Shown here: positions 13,333 to 25,987 of the stretch, one piece after another
Layout: every line of letters starts with the position of its first letter
Numbering within the stretch: position 1 is the first letter of the stretch
NCBI RefSeq assembly: GCF_025526975.1
Contig: NW_026515691.1
Span: 186,001-250,000 of the forward strand
DNA: 64,000 bases
DNA from: Fimicolochytrium jonesii
Lineage: Eukaryota
Direction: 5' to 3'
Notes under the pieces: model-generated
The model's input: only the letters and a program-made list of their open reading frames with translations
What the model was told of the DNA's origin: nothing
Databases searched by the model: none
Position numbers and translations under genes: made by a program

Positions 13333-16215
13333 TCAACCAACCGCCACATCCGTCTCCTGCGACGCGCTTAGACCACTGCCCGTGCCACCGCCCGCGTTCA
13401 TACTATTATGCATCTGCATATCCACATCCGCATCCGCCGCTGCACCATCATGCATCCCGCTCGCCATGGCCATGGCCAGAGCAAGGGGCTTCAACGACGC
13501 TGACGCCGAGGTTGACGAAGATACGGAGCTGAGACTGAGGACGAGGGAGACGTCGGCTAGCGAGGGCAGGCTCGCTTCCGCGAGGCTTGTTGCGGTGAAA
13601 AAAGTCGTCGTGGTCTCGTCCATGGCGTCGTCTACAGCCACAACTGGGGGAGCGCTTGTCGAGATCCGTCTTCTACGAGGTGATGCGGGCGCCGAGACGA
13701 CACTGGTGCTCGTACGCGGGACAGTGACGTCAAAATGCGACCACATATTCGTAGTCGTCGTCGTGGGGGTATTGCGCAACTCGGATATGTTCGACGCATT
13801 GCTTACTGCTTGTGTGATGTAATTGGGGATATGGGGGTGATGCTGGGTCGCGAAGCTCGCGCTGTGTGAAGAGGGTGGGATATCGCTTTGCGCGCGGCGC
13901 AGGAGCAGCGGGTGTGGTTGTGGTTGCATGAGGTCCGCTCGTACTGGATTCGCGAGGACACTTAGGCTTTGTTGATTTCCTTGGGGCTCCTCGAAAGGAA
14001 TGGCCGAGTCATCATCGTTTGCATCGGTGCGTCGCCCGGGCCCACCGTCGACGCCACTCGGACTTTCCTCCGCTTCCGCGCCCTCTAGCTCCGCATCCTT
14101 TCCAGCCTCAGCAGACAGCGCTTCTTCCTCCAGACATGACAGCTTCTCGCTAGAGAAGACCTTTCGGTCCATTTCCACCACACTATGGTCGGATTTCGCG
14201 TCACTGCCCTGTTCATCGCCCGACCCCTCGTCGTCCGTGTCAACATGCGCCAATTGCAAGCTCTCCGGATACTCGCCGCCATTCAGGGTCTCCCTTGACC
14301 CGGAGTCGGTGGCCGCGCCCGAATGTAAATGTTCGTATGCGCTGGACGACCACGGGACATCCGACAGGGAGTCTACGTGGCCGAGCGGAGTTGGTTGAGA
14401 CAGATAGGCGTCTGCTCCTTCGCCGTCGACTTCACTTTCATTGGGGTGAGCCTTTCCGCTCGCAGGTTCGTCGTCCTCATGTGTCTTCTGGGACACGGAC
14501 TCCTGCGAGAGGTGTATGGTACTTCCATCGGATGCGCGTTCGGTAGTTTCATTGTTCTTAGCCGTTTCTGGAGCGGAGGGCGGGTTGTGCGATTCGATGC
14601 TTTCGCCCGATGCTGGCGGAAGCCCCGACAAAGAAGGCAACTCCAACTGAATCGCGTAATCGTCATCTTCATTGGTGGTAGTGCTGTCCTGCGTGAGACG
14701 ACGTGACTGATCTCCTTGCTGTACCTCGTCCAAAGGGGTGGACGTTATCACGTACGAGTGTCCCGTTGTGTATGCTCGACGGAAGCGGGGTTGCTGCGTG
14801 AATGGCGCGCGACCCCTCGATTGTGCCGGCTGCATGTCATCACTTTTTTCTCTCGGAGACACTCTTTGCTCAATGTTGCTTTGCGACCGCGCCATTCTGG
14901 GCCTCAGGTGGTCCTCGGCGAAGATGGCCGGGGAATGGGAGGAACCGGATCCTGAGGAGAGGCTGAGTTTGGAAGTCGAGCCCGCATTTGGCTGCTGTGC
15001 GTTGGTGGTTTGCTGGGGAGTAGACGTGGAGTCCGCTGAAACGTCGAACTGAACGACGGACTCGCTCACATGTGTTGTTTTCAGCCTTTTCGCGGAGGAT
15101 AGGCGTGTAGTATCCGGATCCTCTTCCTCAGAGATATCGCTGCCATTGCGGTCGTCGCTATTGTCATCCATCCCTTCCGCTGCGGCGTCCAGGCCTGTCT
15201 TAGCGTGTTTCTTCGGGTGTGCCACGTCCTGATCCCCACTTTCTCGGTCCGCTTCATCGCAAGCCGTATCATTTTCCGCGTCCATGCTTTGTCTTTGGTC
15301 CGCCCACTTCCGTTTCAGATGCCTTCCTAGGACAACGGTATCGCTGACGTGAGTTGGCGCATCCAGCACGTCTCCTTCATCCTCTGTGGTTTCGCCTTGC
15401 CGCCTACATTCGGATATGACAGAGCTCCACTCTTTCGCATCTTCTAAGCTCGGGTCGCGTCCACTCAAAACACAATCTATGCGGGTAACTAGCCTCCTCT
15501 GCACTTCCGCTAACAATCCTTTCGAGGCGGCCAAATATCTCACGCCCGCACGCTGCACCTCGCCCGCGACGCCGTGATTGAACTCTGCAAACTGCAAGCA
15601 GGCATGTCGATGGGCGATGAGCTGCACGACGACGCTATCCAGGTGCAGTAAAAGGCTACGGCGCTGCGATTGGATCTTTTCCAGCGCCGCGTACAGCAGT
15701 GGAAGGGCGGCGGTGTACTGGAGATGGCGCGTGAATGGAAAGGACAAGGCCGGGCTGTCGCTTTGCCCCGTGTTCCTAAGTCCGGGTATACACATGTCTT
15801 CACAAAAAGCCAGACATTCCTTGAGAGATTCCTCCATGTACGCGCGCTCGCGCTCCCAAGTAGCGAGCTTGTCGATTTTGAACGCGCAATATCCGATTTC
15901 GAGAAGTAGGGCGAGCTCGGTAGGATTGCGGCTAGCTGTAGTCACGAACCCGGTTGGCAGTGTGAGAAGAGCAGTCGCGGAAGGCGTTTGACTGGAACGT
16001 GTGGGTTGCGGCGAAGAGGCAGAGAATACGGCGGAGGGACTAGACGTGCAGCTGCTGGCGGTGTTTGAGGCAAGGAACGAGGCAATCGTAGGATGGATGC
16101 GACCTGCTGAAGTAAAAAGCGCTTGCGAAGGCCATATCGGAGACAATGGTGATCTTTGTTGGAGTGAAGTCTGTGGAAGCTGTCGGTGGGGAGGCGTGTA
16201 CCGGGAGTGCGACAT
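13333..16215 (-). CDS. Hypothetical 960-aa protein with an N-terminal helical region and a long acidic/Ser-rich disordered region
   Basis: Uninterrupted 2.9-kb ORF with basic NLS-like patches (HLKRKW, PKKHAK, AKRLK). No family recognised. Confidence 0.7.
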   Translation of the reverse strand: MSHSRYTPPHRQLPQTSLQQRSPLSPIWPSQALFTSAGRIHPTIASFLASNTASSCTSSPSAVFSASSPQPTRSSQTPSATALLTLPTGFVTTASRNPTELALLLEIGYCAFKIDKLATWERERAYMEESLKECLAFCEDMCIPGLRNTGQSDSPALSFPFTRHLQYTAALPLLYAALEKIQSQRRSLLLHLDSVVVQLIAHRHACLQFAEFNHGVAGEVQRAGVRYLAASKGLLAEVQRRLVTRIDCVLSGRDPSLEDAKEWSSVISECRRQGETTEDEGDVLDAPTHVSDTVVLGRHLKRKWADQRQSMDAENDTACDEADRESGDQDVAHPKKHAKTGLDAAAEGMDDNSDDRNGSDISEEEDPDTTRLSSAKRLKTTHVSESVVQFDVSADSTSTPQQTTNAQQPNAGSTSKLSLSSGSGSSHSPAIFAEDHLRPRMARSQSNIEQRVSPREKSDDMQPAQSRGRAPFTQQPRFRRAYTTGHSYVITSTPLDEVQQGDQSRRLTQDSTTTNEDDDYAIQLELPSLSGLPPASGESIESHNPPSAPETAKNNETTERASDGSTIHLSQESVSQKTHEDDEPASGKAHPNESEVDGEGADAYLSQPTPLGHVDSLSDVPWSSSAYEHLHSGAATDSGSRETLNGGEYPESLQLAHVDTDDEGSGDEQGSDAKSDHSVVEMDRKVFSSEKLSCLEEEALSAEAGKDAELEGAEAEESPSGVDGGPGRRTDANDDDSAIPFEEPQGNQQSLSVLANPVRADLMQPQPHPLLLRRAQSDIPPSSHSASFATQHHPHIPNYITQAVSNASNISELRNTPTTTTTNMWSHFDVTVPRTSTSVVSAPASPRRRRISTSAPPVVAVDDAMDETTTTFFTATSLAEASLPSLADVSLVLSLSSVSSSTSASASLKPLALAMAMASGMHDGAAADADVDMQMHNSMNAGGGTGSGLSASQETDVAVG

Positions 16216-16846
16216 CGTTTCGTTCCTTCGTTTGTGGTTCGATATATGACCGTCCTCGTCACTGACGGCAGGATATGAACTTGAACATTGAACTACTGTG
16301 TCTGCGTTCTGACCAGCGTGCGCCTGTGGCGAGCGACTTCCTTGGATAGTCTATATCTAACGCAGTGGTTTCGGGGTGTTCGTTGAAACTCATGCAGAAA
16401 AAGAGCTGGGAAATCCGAGCGGGAAACGCCTGCGACATGTACGTCCGGATGTCTCGGACACGCGTCCGCAGTGATGACTCATGGCCATCCCTTTTTGCAC
16501 ACCTCCCGATCCCTCTTTGCACACCTCCCTTCAGTCGCTTCTGCCCAAGATCATATCACCAGTGCAACTCTGCATACGGGTTCTTCCAAAAGCCTCGCAA
16601 TCTCCCCTTTTCGTAGACCCCTTTTGCAGGCCTGATTGCCCGTCTGTTTCGCTGCTCTCACCGCGGGAAGCAGGAACTTGAACACTTACGCAACTTCAGC
16701 AACGCTTCCGTTCCACCAACTTTCAACACCGGCGATACCAATCGCTTGCGGCCGTAATGTCTTGCTGCCGCTCGCTGGGTGCCCGCTTTTATATTAGCCG
16801 ACAATTGCAACGCAAGCCATATTGCCTGTCGGGTGCTGTTCGCGCG

Positions 16847-19284
16847 ATGTCGGACAAGCCCGCTAAGCGACGAACGTAAGTCGTCAACTAACGTCTCGGA
16901 TAGTCGAATAGAAACCTCATCTATTGTCTTCTGTCTATCTTCAGTCTGCCATGGGATGCATCCAAGAATGCCTCCAAGACAAAGTCCAAAGCTCCGGAGA
17001 CCCGTACAAAGCAGCCCACTGAGGGTAAGCGCAAACGGGCAGCGACCTCAGCCACTCGCGAGTCTCCCGCTCCTCCCGAACCTCCCAGCTTCTCCTACCA
17101 CAACGAAAACTATCAAGTGACCTATGTTAGGCACATCAAAGATGTAGAGAAAGCTCTTGCCCTTTGTAGAGGCGACGTCGTCGGGTTCGATATGGAATGG
17201 AAGGTCACCTTCGTTAAAGGACAGCCTCCGCGACCAACAGCGCTGATTCAGATCTGCAATGACCGCCACATATGCTTATTTCATATTACGCATATGGGCA
17301 GCCTGCCGGTCGCTCTCAAGAACTTCTTGGAAGACCGCACCGTGATCAAGACTGGGGTCAACATAATGGGAGATGCACGTAAGCTCAATAAGTACGTTCT
17401 TCATGGCATTGGGAGCCTCACCGGCGCAATGTTAATCATTCCATGGTTTAAATATTCTCTCGAAGGGATTATGGGGTGGAAATGGAGGGATGTCTAGACA
17501 TCGGGAAGTTTGGTGGACAAGCATTGTTGGGAACAGAAAGGATGATGAGTCTGAGAAATCTCGTCACGGACTTGGTATGTATATGTATGTAGCACCACCA
17601 TTGCCTCAGCAGCCTCGCAATTTTCAAAACGCGCACTATCTCGTACTCACTGGCCTTGCGACGGCACAGTTCGGCGTGACTCTCGACAAGTCCAACGACG
17701 GTCCGCGGAAGGGTGACTGGGAAGCCAACACATTCACCGAAGACCAGATCTTTTACGCTGCCAACGACGTTTACGCGCACTACAAATGCTACAACGCGCT
17801 CATTGCCAAAATCACCCCGCCAGCAATGACCGCTGATGCCCTTATGGAGCTGCCACGTTTACCCGTTCCGATTGTAAGCTTTGCCGAAGATCATGCCATT
17901 AGGATTGCGAAGATAGAAGAAGAAAGGATGAGAGCTCTGAAAGTCGACTCTGCAAAGACGAAGGAGAACAACCAGTTTTTTGCGGATAGCGACGGAGATA
18001 TTGATGGCACTTCGGGTCGGGAGAATGAAAAAGATGTGGAGAATAAGGATGGCGAGGAAAGCGATGGTGGGGCTGGCGAACAGCAGAAAAGCTTCGGTGG
18101 GAAGGCGAAGAGAGGAAAACGATCCTCTACGACACAGTCAACCTCAATGGTGGAACCCCGAGGAGACCAGTCGCAAATGGCTGTGTCAACGAGCACCACC
18201 GTAAAGATTTCCCCCGTCAGAGCTAGGCAATCCCAAGGGCTCTATCCACAGGTCTCGTGTGAGAGTGTGGACGCGAAAATGGCCGCCGCGGTTCGAATGT
18301 TTTCCCTCCGTGCCACAAGCCAGTCGCAACAAACTCCAGGGTGGCACCATCTTTTGCCGCACGGCGTATCACCGGGAATGAAGGGGAGCCCACAAGATGA
18401 TGCTTTGAGTAATCAGAATGCACAAACAATCGTTGGCCCGTCGGAATACGACGCGGGCTCGCCAGCGCGCTTGTCACAACTGTCCTCGGATGAGAAGCTA
18501 CCGGCTGCACAGGCAGGGCCGGCATCATACCCCGATCCAACCGAGCATAAACCTCGGGAGAAGGCCGTGAAGTCGTCGGTTGCTTCTACCAGGAAGCGCA
18601 GATCCGTAGAATCGCCGTCGCCAGCGTCACGATTGTCCTTGCCTTCAGATGATATACTCCTCGCTGTAGAGCCGGCATTATACCCCGATCCGACCGAGCA
18701 CGAACCTTTGGAGAAGGCCGTGGAGTCGCCTGCTCCTACTAGGAAACGCAGATCCCCAGAATCGCCATCGCCATCGTCACGATTGTCCTTGCCTTCAGAT
18801 GATACTCCTCGCTGCAGAGCCGGGATTATACCCCGATCCGACCGAGCACGAACCTCTGGAGAAGGCCGTGGAGTCGCCTGCTCCTACTAGAAAGCGCAGA
18901 TCCCCAACCTCTCGGCCAGGTATACAGCATGCGAATGTAGCTGATTCACTTGATCCCTCGCCAATGAAAGCGCCCACAGCGGAAGGCGGAATGACTCGAC
19001 CGTTGCTATCAGATATAAACCAGCCGCAGGTCGTGCAGAGCACACCTCAAAAGCCGCGACGCAAATATACACGTCGGACCCCAAGCGCTGCCGACACCAA
19101 TACGCCAAAGACATCCACGAACACGAGCCCCCGCGCGGCTTCCCCATGGCTGTACTCAAGCGGTGACGAAGATGATGCCGCCGTCCTCGACAGGCTTATG
19201 ACCACTGTCGAAGGGTACATCGCGACGGGCAGGTGGGAGGGGCCCGGCGACGCAAGTGGAAGTAGCAGTGGAAGTCTGGCGTGA
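16847..19284 (+). CDS. WRN-type (DEDDy) 3'-5' exonuclease with a repeat-containing tail; frameshift near 18800
   Basis: Spliced start MSDKPAKRRT|LPWD, ExoI VVGFDMEW, ALIQI, KTGVNIMGDARKL and ExoIII DWEANTFTEDQIFYAANDVYA. No helicase domain. As assembled, the first frame stops at 18890. Confidence 0.85.
18519..18906 (+). repeat. Coding tandem repeat, ~2.6 copies of a ~150-bp unit (PxxYPDPTEHxPxEKAV...TRKRRS...)
   Basis: Units start at 18519, 18672 and 18820, with spacings of 153 and 148 bp. Confidence 0.9.
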
Positions 19285-19665
19285 GGATAACCGAACGCAT
19301 CTGTGAAACCGAGGATAGGATTGAAGCATTGGACACTCTAGTGGGATGGACGTGGCATTATACCGTCCTTGTAAATAGATTGTTTTTCTTGCGATGACAC
19401 AGCTGGGATAACTCCCCTCTCATACGTGTGAAACTCTGTGAACCTACGTAGTAGTGGATTTGGCGTGAATTACGATAGATTTTCGGACACACCTCATCGC
19501 ACTCTGCTCCTCTCGCGCGTGCCCCCTCCTTGCTGTCAATACCTCATGCTCACTGTCATTTTGCCCCTCGTTCGCTGTCCCCCAACTCAAACTTCAAGTT
19601 CAGTCTCACTGGCCCGTCTCCAGTAGCAAAACCGAGGCTCTCCAGATCCAGCTCCACACACAGCA

Positions 19666-21330
19666 ATGTACCTCCTGCCAGCACAGACCATCCACATGCC
19701 GCTCCCATGTCCCGTCTCGCACGACGCCGCAAGGCTGGCGATCGGCACTTTCATCACAGTCGGGATGGTCGTCTCGTATTTGCCACAGGTGAGAAGTGCG
19801 AGGGAGTGGGGCCGCCGTTAGCGGAGAAAGAGGAGGTGGGCGAGAAACGGGTCCCATGGGCTTATTGGCTGGACTGGTTAGACCTGCCGTGATGGGTGAT
19901 AAGTGCGAAACACTTGGCGCGGAAGACCTTCCGCCGGTGTGAGAAATTAGACTTACACCTCAGAGGCATAGAAAAACAATAGTCTGGGGGAGATATGATA
20001 TGAAATGGCACCTGCATAGGACATGAGTTTTGCATACCTTTATCGTACAGCCGAACGATTCGGCGCTTATCGGTTTTCTTACCTATCCGTTTGGAACCGC
20101 AGTTCATCAAGATTTTTCGCAAGAAAAGCAGTGAAGGATTGTCGCTGTATTTCTTCTTCCTGGTAAGCAACTGTGGACCCCCCCTCCAACAGAAGTACTA
20201 ACGTATGGGCCTTTTATCCAGGGATCGCTCGGGATGGTAGCGACTGTCGCGAACATGGCTTTACTTCAGTACCCTTCCATAGTGTGTTGCCGGAAATCGC
20301 CCCAGGTGCGTCCTCGAGCATCTCCGGCAGAAGCGTCGGGACATCAGTGTTGACCGTGGTGCAAAAGTAGTGGACGCCTTTGCTATGCTTCGAGAACACT
20401 CTGGGCTTCACTCAGGTCGCCGTCCAGACGGCTTGTTTCATGACTTGGTGAGGAGCTCAGCGTACACGCCTCTTTCCGCGTCATTTGCACCAGCATTTGA
20501 CTCATATTTGTCTGGAAATGATCGCGGACTTCCAGCGTCATTCTCTTCTACGTCTACTATCCAGCGCACCTCAAGCATCACCCAGATAGCACCGAACCGA
20601 CTCTCGCGTATACGCGTGCTAAATGGATCCGCCGCATCATCATTGCTTACACGGTCACGATCACTGCGACGGTGGTGATCCTGCTCACTCGAACGACGGA
20701 TGCTCAGGGAAACAGTGAACCGGCAAGATACGTGGCCGGTGTCATGGGTGTTGGCGCCGCTTTCACTAGCGTGTTCCAGTTCATGCCGCAGATATTGCAT
20801 ACTTGGGATTTACAGGTATGACTGGATGCCCGAGGCGGAGAGAGACGGTTATTTCCTTTCAGAGAGCGCACATGCTCACGGCCATCTCTCTCTTTTAGGC
20901 GGTCGGCTCCCTTAGCATCCCCATGATGCTCATGCAATGCCCAGGCTCGTTCCTGGTCACATACTCGCTATACATCGCACCAGGCGCCAACTGGACCTCG
21001 TGGCTACCCTACTTCATGAGCGGCTCGCTCCAAGGCGTCCTACTCGCATTGTGCATATTCTTCACGCTGCGAGAGGGGAAGCATTCACCGACAAGGAGGG
21101 AAAGCGACGGGTCGAGGCTTGGGGACGCTGAGGAACCGGCGCAAGAGAACGATGGGGACGACGGCCGAGGCGATGGAGAGGACAGCGCGCTGGGCGAGGA
21201 GGCGCCGTTGCTGGGACAGAAGGCTGGTAGTGCGGCAACTCCGCGGCCGCGGGCCCCGGTGGTCGTGGTGGAGGATCCCGGCGCCGCTGCCGAGAGGCGT
21301 GGGAGCTATGGCGCTGTCGAGGGTTCGTGA
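19666..21330 (+). CDS. PQ-loop repeat membrane transporter, probably vacuolar
   Basis: PQ motif 1 is VVSYLPQ|FIKIFRKKSSEGLSLYFFFL. PQ motif 2 is FMPQILHTWDLQ|AVGSLSIPMMLMQCPG. The C-terminus has a dileucine motif EEAPLL and YGAV. Confidence 0.85.
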
Positions 21331-21669
21331 ACCCGTTTGATATTTGTTCTACTGTGTCTGTGCAAGCCCATGGCGTTAAGTATTGTGAGCGACCCTCAAT
21401 CTTGCTCGCGTACGCTTATAGGACGTGGGGTGTAGATTGGCATACCCTCCGAGTCTCCCACTGTTTCGATCCCATTCCCGGCTGCCATCGTGGAGCAAAC
21501 GAGGCCACTTTCTTTTGTATATATGCATTTTGAATTCGATCTCCGTATCTACTGCGTGCTACAGCAACGGACGCCCAGCAAGGCCAACACAACTGTACAG
21601 TTTGCGCCATGTGCGTGGCAGAAGAATATGTTCGAAGGGCCCGCAGATTTTCACATTCATCAATCGAAA

Positions 21670-22901
21670 TCACACAATACGCTCCAGCTCCCTCGCATAT
21701 TCTAATGTCTGCAAAATAACATGGTCAGCGGGGATATCGGTGTTGTCCGTGTCCGTCACGCCGAACGTGATTTTCTTTGTCTTGGGATTGACTTTCCAGC
21801 CACGCTGTGGGACGGAGTCATTTGTTAGCCGCAAACCCAGGACAGAGAGTGAAAGCGGATGAAGAGGACGAACCTCAGTGGCGAAAGCCGTAACCTCACT
21901 CTCGGATTTGAAATACAGAAGCGTGGCCGCGTCGGGGATGGGCAGGCTGTCGTAGGCTTTTTCGCTACACCTGGCAATCTCATCCCTGAAGAAAAAACGT
22001 GAGCGAGTGAGTCGCACATATCCCCAGCCATACCCACCCGCGGCTGGTTCAGATCCACCTCTCCACGAACCTGATCGTCCCCATCAAGATGTCAATAAAG
22101 AACAAGTACTCCTCAGCCGGCACATTCGCTCTTGAATGCCACACTTTGTTATAGCTGCCCTCCATCAAACATTGCTCGATCTGGATAGGGTGGCGGATAT
22201 ACACATTGTCATTCAGCTGGTCAGGGTTGATGAGCTCCAGCTCTGTGTGGAACTCGGAGATCCGGTTTTGTGCTAGCAGGCGGAGGAGGTTGAGGCCTAG
22301 GAGGGGGTAGGTGCGGGCTGACTCGGGGAGTTGCTTGCTAAAGATTTGACGTTGTAAGGTTGGTATGTATATATTTTCATAGGAACAGACAGCCTTCGTT
22401 CCCACAAACCTGTAATCATTGTAGTACGTCTTCAGCTGCGAAATGTATCGCTCGAACGACGGGATGTCCTTCACACGGATACTCCACTGTGCTCCAATCT
22501 CCAGCACTTCACCTACAAAACGCTCGTCTGCTATTAGACGCGTTGTCCTTGGCCCTTCATTCGAAGTCATCCCTCAAACGTACGTGCTAACAGAAGCTCC
22601 TGCGCATCAGCGGTGCGGTCACCAGGCAGAAGGAACGACAGCTCCGTGAGATATATCTGGAGGAAGAACGGGTCCCGGTCATGACTTTCGCGTGCGAAGT
22701 GAGACGCTAGACCAGGACATGCACCAACCTTTAGCTTGGCCAGGTATTGACCGCATTTCTGCAGGTCCGCTTTAGGTGAGTTGAACTCCTTCTTCAGCTG
22801 CTCGTAGACCGCAAGAGCTGTAAACAACGGGGTGAGCGAGGACCGTTTCTGCAAAGGTTGAGAACAGGAAGGGACGTACCTTCGTTCAAAACGCCAGGCA
22901 T
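21670..22901 (-). CDS. RPN12: 26S proteasome regulatory subunit Rpn12 (PSMD8)
   Basis: Motifs [76 protein letters not shown] and YARELERIV*. Confidence 0.95.
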
Positions 22902-23387
22902 GATGTTGTCCAAGATGGTAACGCCGGGAAGATAATATGGAATGCGATGAGACAACCGGTCTGACAGGTCTTGGGCAGTTGACTGCAGATATCGGCAGGA
23001 AGGTCAAACAAGCCGGAATGGGTCACGGCTTCTTCTGTTGGGTTCGGAGTCGGGTTCGGAGTGCTGTTCGCAGATCCAGGCAATGTCGTCGCGTTTGAAA
23101 GTGAATTCTGAGAAAAGCTCACCGCATCGCGTCTAGCCATGCGCTCAATTGCCATTTCCGAAATTACAGTACGACAGCGACGACAGAACGACAGCCTCCG
23201 ACACCCGCGGGGAAGAAGGATAGCCACCAAGCGGACGGTCTATTGCTGCCGTAGAGAACGTACATATTGCTGGCCGACCGCGCTTACAACTGCACTCAAA
23301 GGCCTTTACAACCCTGCATCAGAAGGAACCTCAGGGCTTGCCCTCAACCCAGCAGAAACGAGTGTCTTATGCATAGCCCATGACTGA

Positions 23388-24674
23388 ATGGATGAAACAC
23401 GGACAATGGGTATGGCGGCGACGGTGGAACCGATGCCGGTCCCCGTCGCCTCCCTCGAGGCGGCGGTGCATATCGGCACCAAGGAATTCATAAAGGGGTT
23501 CGTCGCCGGTGGGTAGAGCTATGCGTTGCTGATATCTGTTGGGAAGTTTCGGTTAGCCCAACGCTTGCGGAGTACTCACTTTGGTTCGTCTACAGGACAA
23601 ATGACCCTTGGGGTACTCATATTCTTCTTGATAAAGGTGTTTTTTTTCCGGAGCGGGGAGGAGACGCGGATAGATCTCTCGCGGAAACGAAACGTGAGAC
23701 GACCGTATGAACCAAAGGTATGACCGAGTGTTGAAGAAACCCTTTCCCTTACCGAGAGCAAACCGCTAACCGAGCGAGAACAGATTCGAGTCCCGTTGCC
23801 AGCGCACGCAACCGAATCGCAAATCCTCTCCAAAACACTCTACAACATCCAAACCCATCCCGTTGAATCATGCGACTGGCTCAATGTCCTCATAGCGCAA
23901 ACGATAACCAAGTACCGCAACGACAGCGGGTTCAACAATCGCATCGTGCATGTCCTGGACGAGGTCCTCAATGGGCATACGAAACCGGGGTTCCTGGTAC
24001 GGTCCTCGCAATCCCTTTTGACTTTCCCCGTCAGCGTTCGACTGAGTAGCTGAGTAGTGCATCAAATAGGGCCCCATACACATCACTGACTTTTCCCTGG
24101 GAGACGATTTCCCACTGATGAAAGGCGCAAGTGTGCGGTACGCTGAGGAGACGGGCAATTTGCAGACAAGCGTGGTTTTTCAGTTTGATGACCAGGTGAC
24201 GCTGGGTATCGAGACCCAGGTGCTTGTCAATTGGCCAAAGCCGTGTATTGCGGCTTTGCCGGTTGCGTTGTCGCTTTCTGTGGTTAAATTTTCGGGGACT
24301 GTGAGTTGAGCGCTTTGTTTATCGGAGGGCATGAGGCACCGGGAGGCAATCCTCATCTCCTCTCGCGCGCTACACAGGTCGCCGTCGAATTCGTCACCCA
24401 CCCCGACACGCCCGAAACCTACCTCTCCATCTCGATCCTCGACGACTTCATCCTCGACTTTGAAGTCCGCTCCCTCCTGGGCCACCGCACAAAAGTGAAG
24501 GATCTTCCCAAGCTCGCCTCGCTGATAACCTCGAAATTGCGCGCCGTGTTTGAGGAGGAGATCGTGTGGCCAAGTTTCAAACGGTGTAGGATCCCCATGC
24601 TGTGGGGAGATGCCCAGGAAGACGCGGTGAGGGAGGAATTGGAGGATTTGGTAGAGGAGATTAAACATGCTTAG
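23388..24674 (+). CDS. MMM1: ERMES subunit Mmm1 (SMP domain)
   Basis: TM segment FIKGFVAG|QMTLGVLIFFLIKVFFF, then HPVESCDWLNVLIAQ, DFSLGDDFP, VNWPKPCIAALPVAL and SLLGHRTKVKDLPKLASLI. Confidence 0.92.
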
Positions 24675-24910
24675 ATTGTTGCGGCTCTATATATTATTTT
24701 GATGGCGGCCATAGGAATGTGATCGTGGGTATATGTATACGAGGGCCTTGTATCTAAGTTAAAGCCCTTGCATAGACGCCGTTGAGAGTTCTAGCTATGA
24801 TGACCACTAGCCTGGTGATGCAGGACAATCATCCTCCCCAAGCGAAGGTATCTAACCAAAAAGCGAGACTAGCCAATGGGCACCGTCTGAAATCTCCCGA
24901 AAATCAACAC

Positions 24911-25987
24911 CTACGGCATGATCCGCCCAGCGACGTTCCGCACGTTATTCCCATGCAGTTTGCTCTGTATCCCCTCCAGCACCGCCTGCTCCTCGGCAGA
25001 CAGCTCCAGCCACGTCGGCATGATGATCTCATCCTTATCCACCACCACCGCTTCATCAGGAACATGGTGCACGCCAACCACCCGCTCGTCGTCCTCAGCG
25101 TCGGGGCCGATATGCAGGCCGATGTGCTCGCCCTTTGATCCCAGCGAGTGGGTTCGAACCGGTCGGGAGGGCGTTTGGAATTGCGGGACTATGACGTGCT
25201 CGCTGCGTTTCACCCAGAAGACGGGGTAGCGGCGGGCGATATTGTTGTTCAATAGACCGATTACGAGCATTAGTGATGCAGAGAGGATGACGATCGGAAC
25301 TGTAGAACCGAATAAGGTAAGACGGGAGGCGGAGTGACGAGCAAACACTTTGGGATGTCAACGCACCATAATACCACCCCATAATAGCAATCTGCGGCGA
25401 CAACGGCGGCAACAGCGCACTGGCACCTCCCGGCGGATGCAGTGTCGCCGTCATCTGCATCACCACAATCGACGTCGCCGTCGCCAGAGAGGACGGCAGC
25501 CACCGTATATCCGTGTAATCAGTAACAAAATGCGCAAACAACTTCTGCAACGCTACGCCGATAACTGCTGATAACGCATGCCCGAACACCAACGCTCGCG
25601 GTTGCGCTAGCGGGGCTTCGATGGCGCCGAAGACGAGGACTGCAGACGCTGCCTGTCGCAACAATACGTTTCAGTACAACTGCACCCCCGTGGGAAGACT
25701 CCGCCCAACCCAGCACTCCGCCCAACGCCACCTACGAAACTAGCAATAATACTCGGCACATTCCGCTCGACAAAATACGTATTCCGCTCAAACACCGCCT
25801 GCAAAACCGCCATGCTCGCAAACGAGCCAATGAACGAGAATATCCATATCACGTATATCTTTGGTTGAAGCGTTGAGCTTGTTGTTGGGCGGCGGTAGCC
25901 GAGGAACCAGGAGAGGGAGGGTGGGAGTTGGGCGAGGCGGGAGGCGCCTTCTGGCGGTGTTGTGTGCATGGCGTCAGGAAGGGACAA
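24911..25987 (-). CDS. HPP family integral membrane protein
   Basis: Motifs PSIIASF|AASAVLVFGAIEAPLAQPRALVFGH, TATLHPPGGASAL and LLNNNIARRYPVFW. The first in-frame ATG is near 25970. Confidence 0.9.

Noticed and set aside
19789..20102. Unusually long (314-nt) first intron of the PQ-loop gene as a possible snoRNA host
   Set aside because: No convincing C/D or H/ACA box pair was seen. An Rfam/Infernal scan would be needed.
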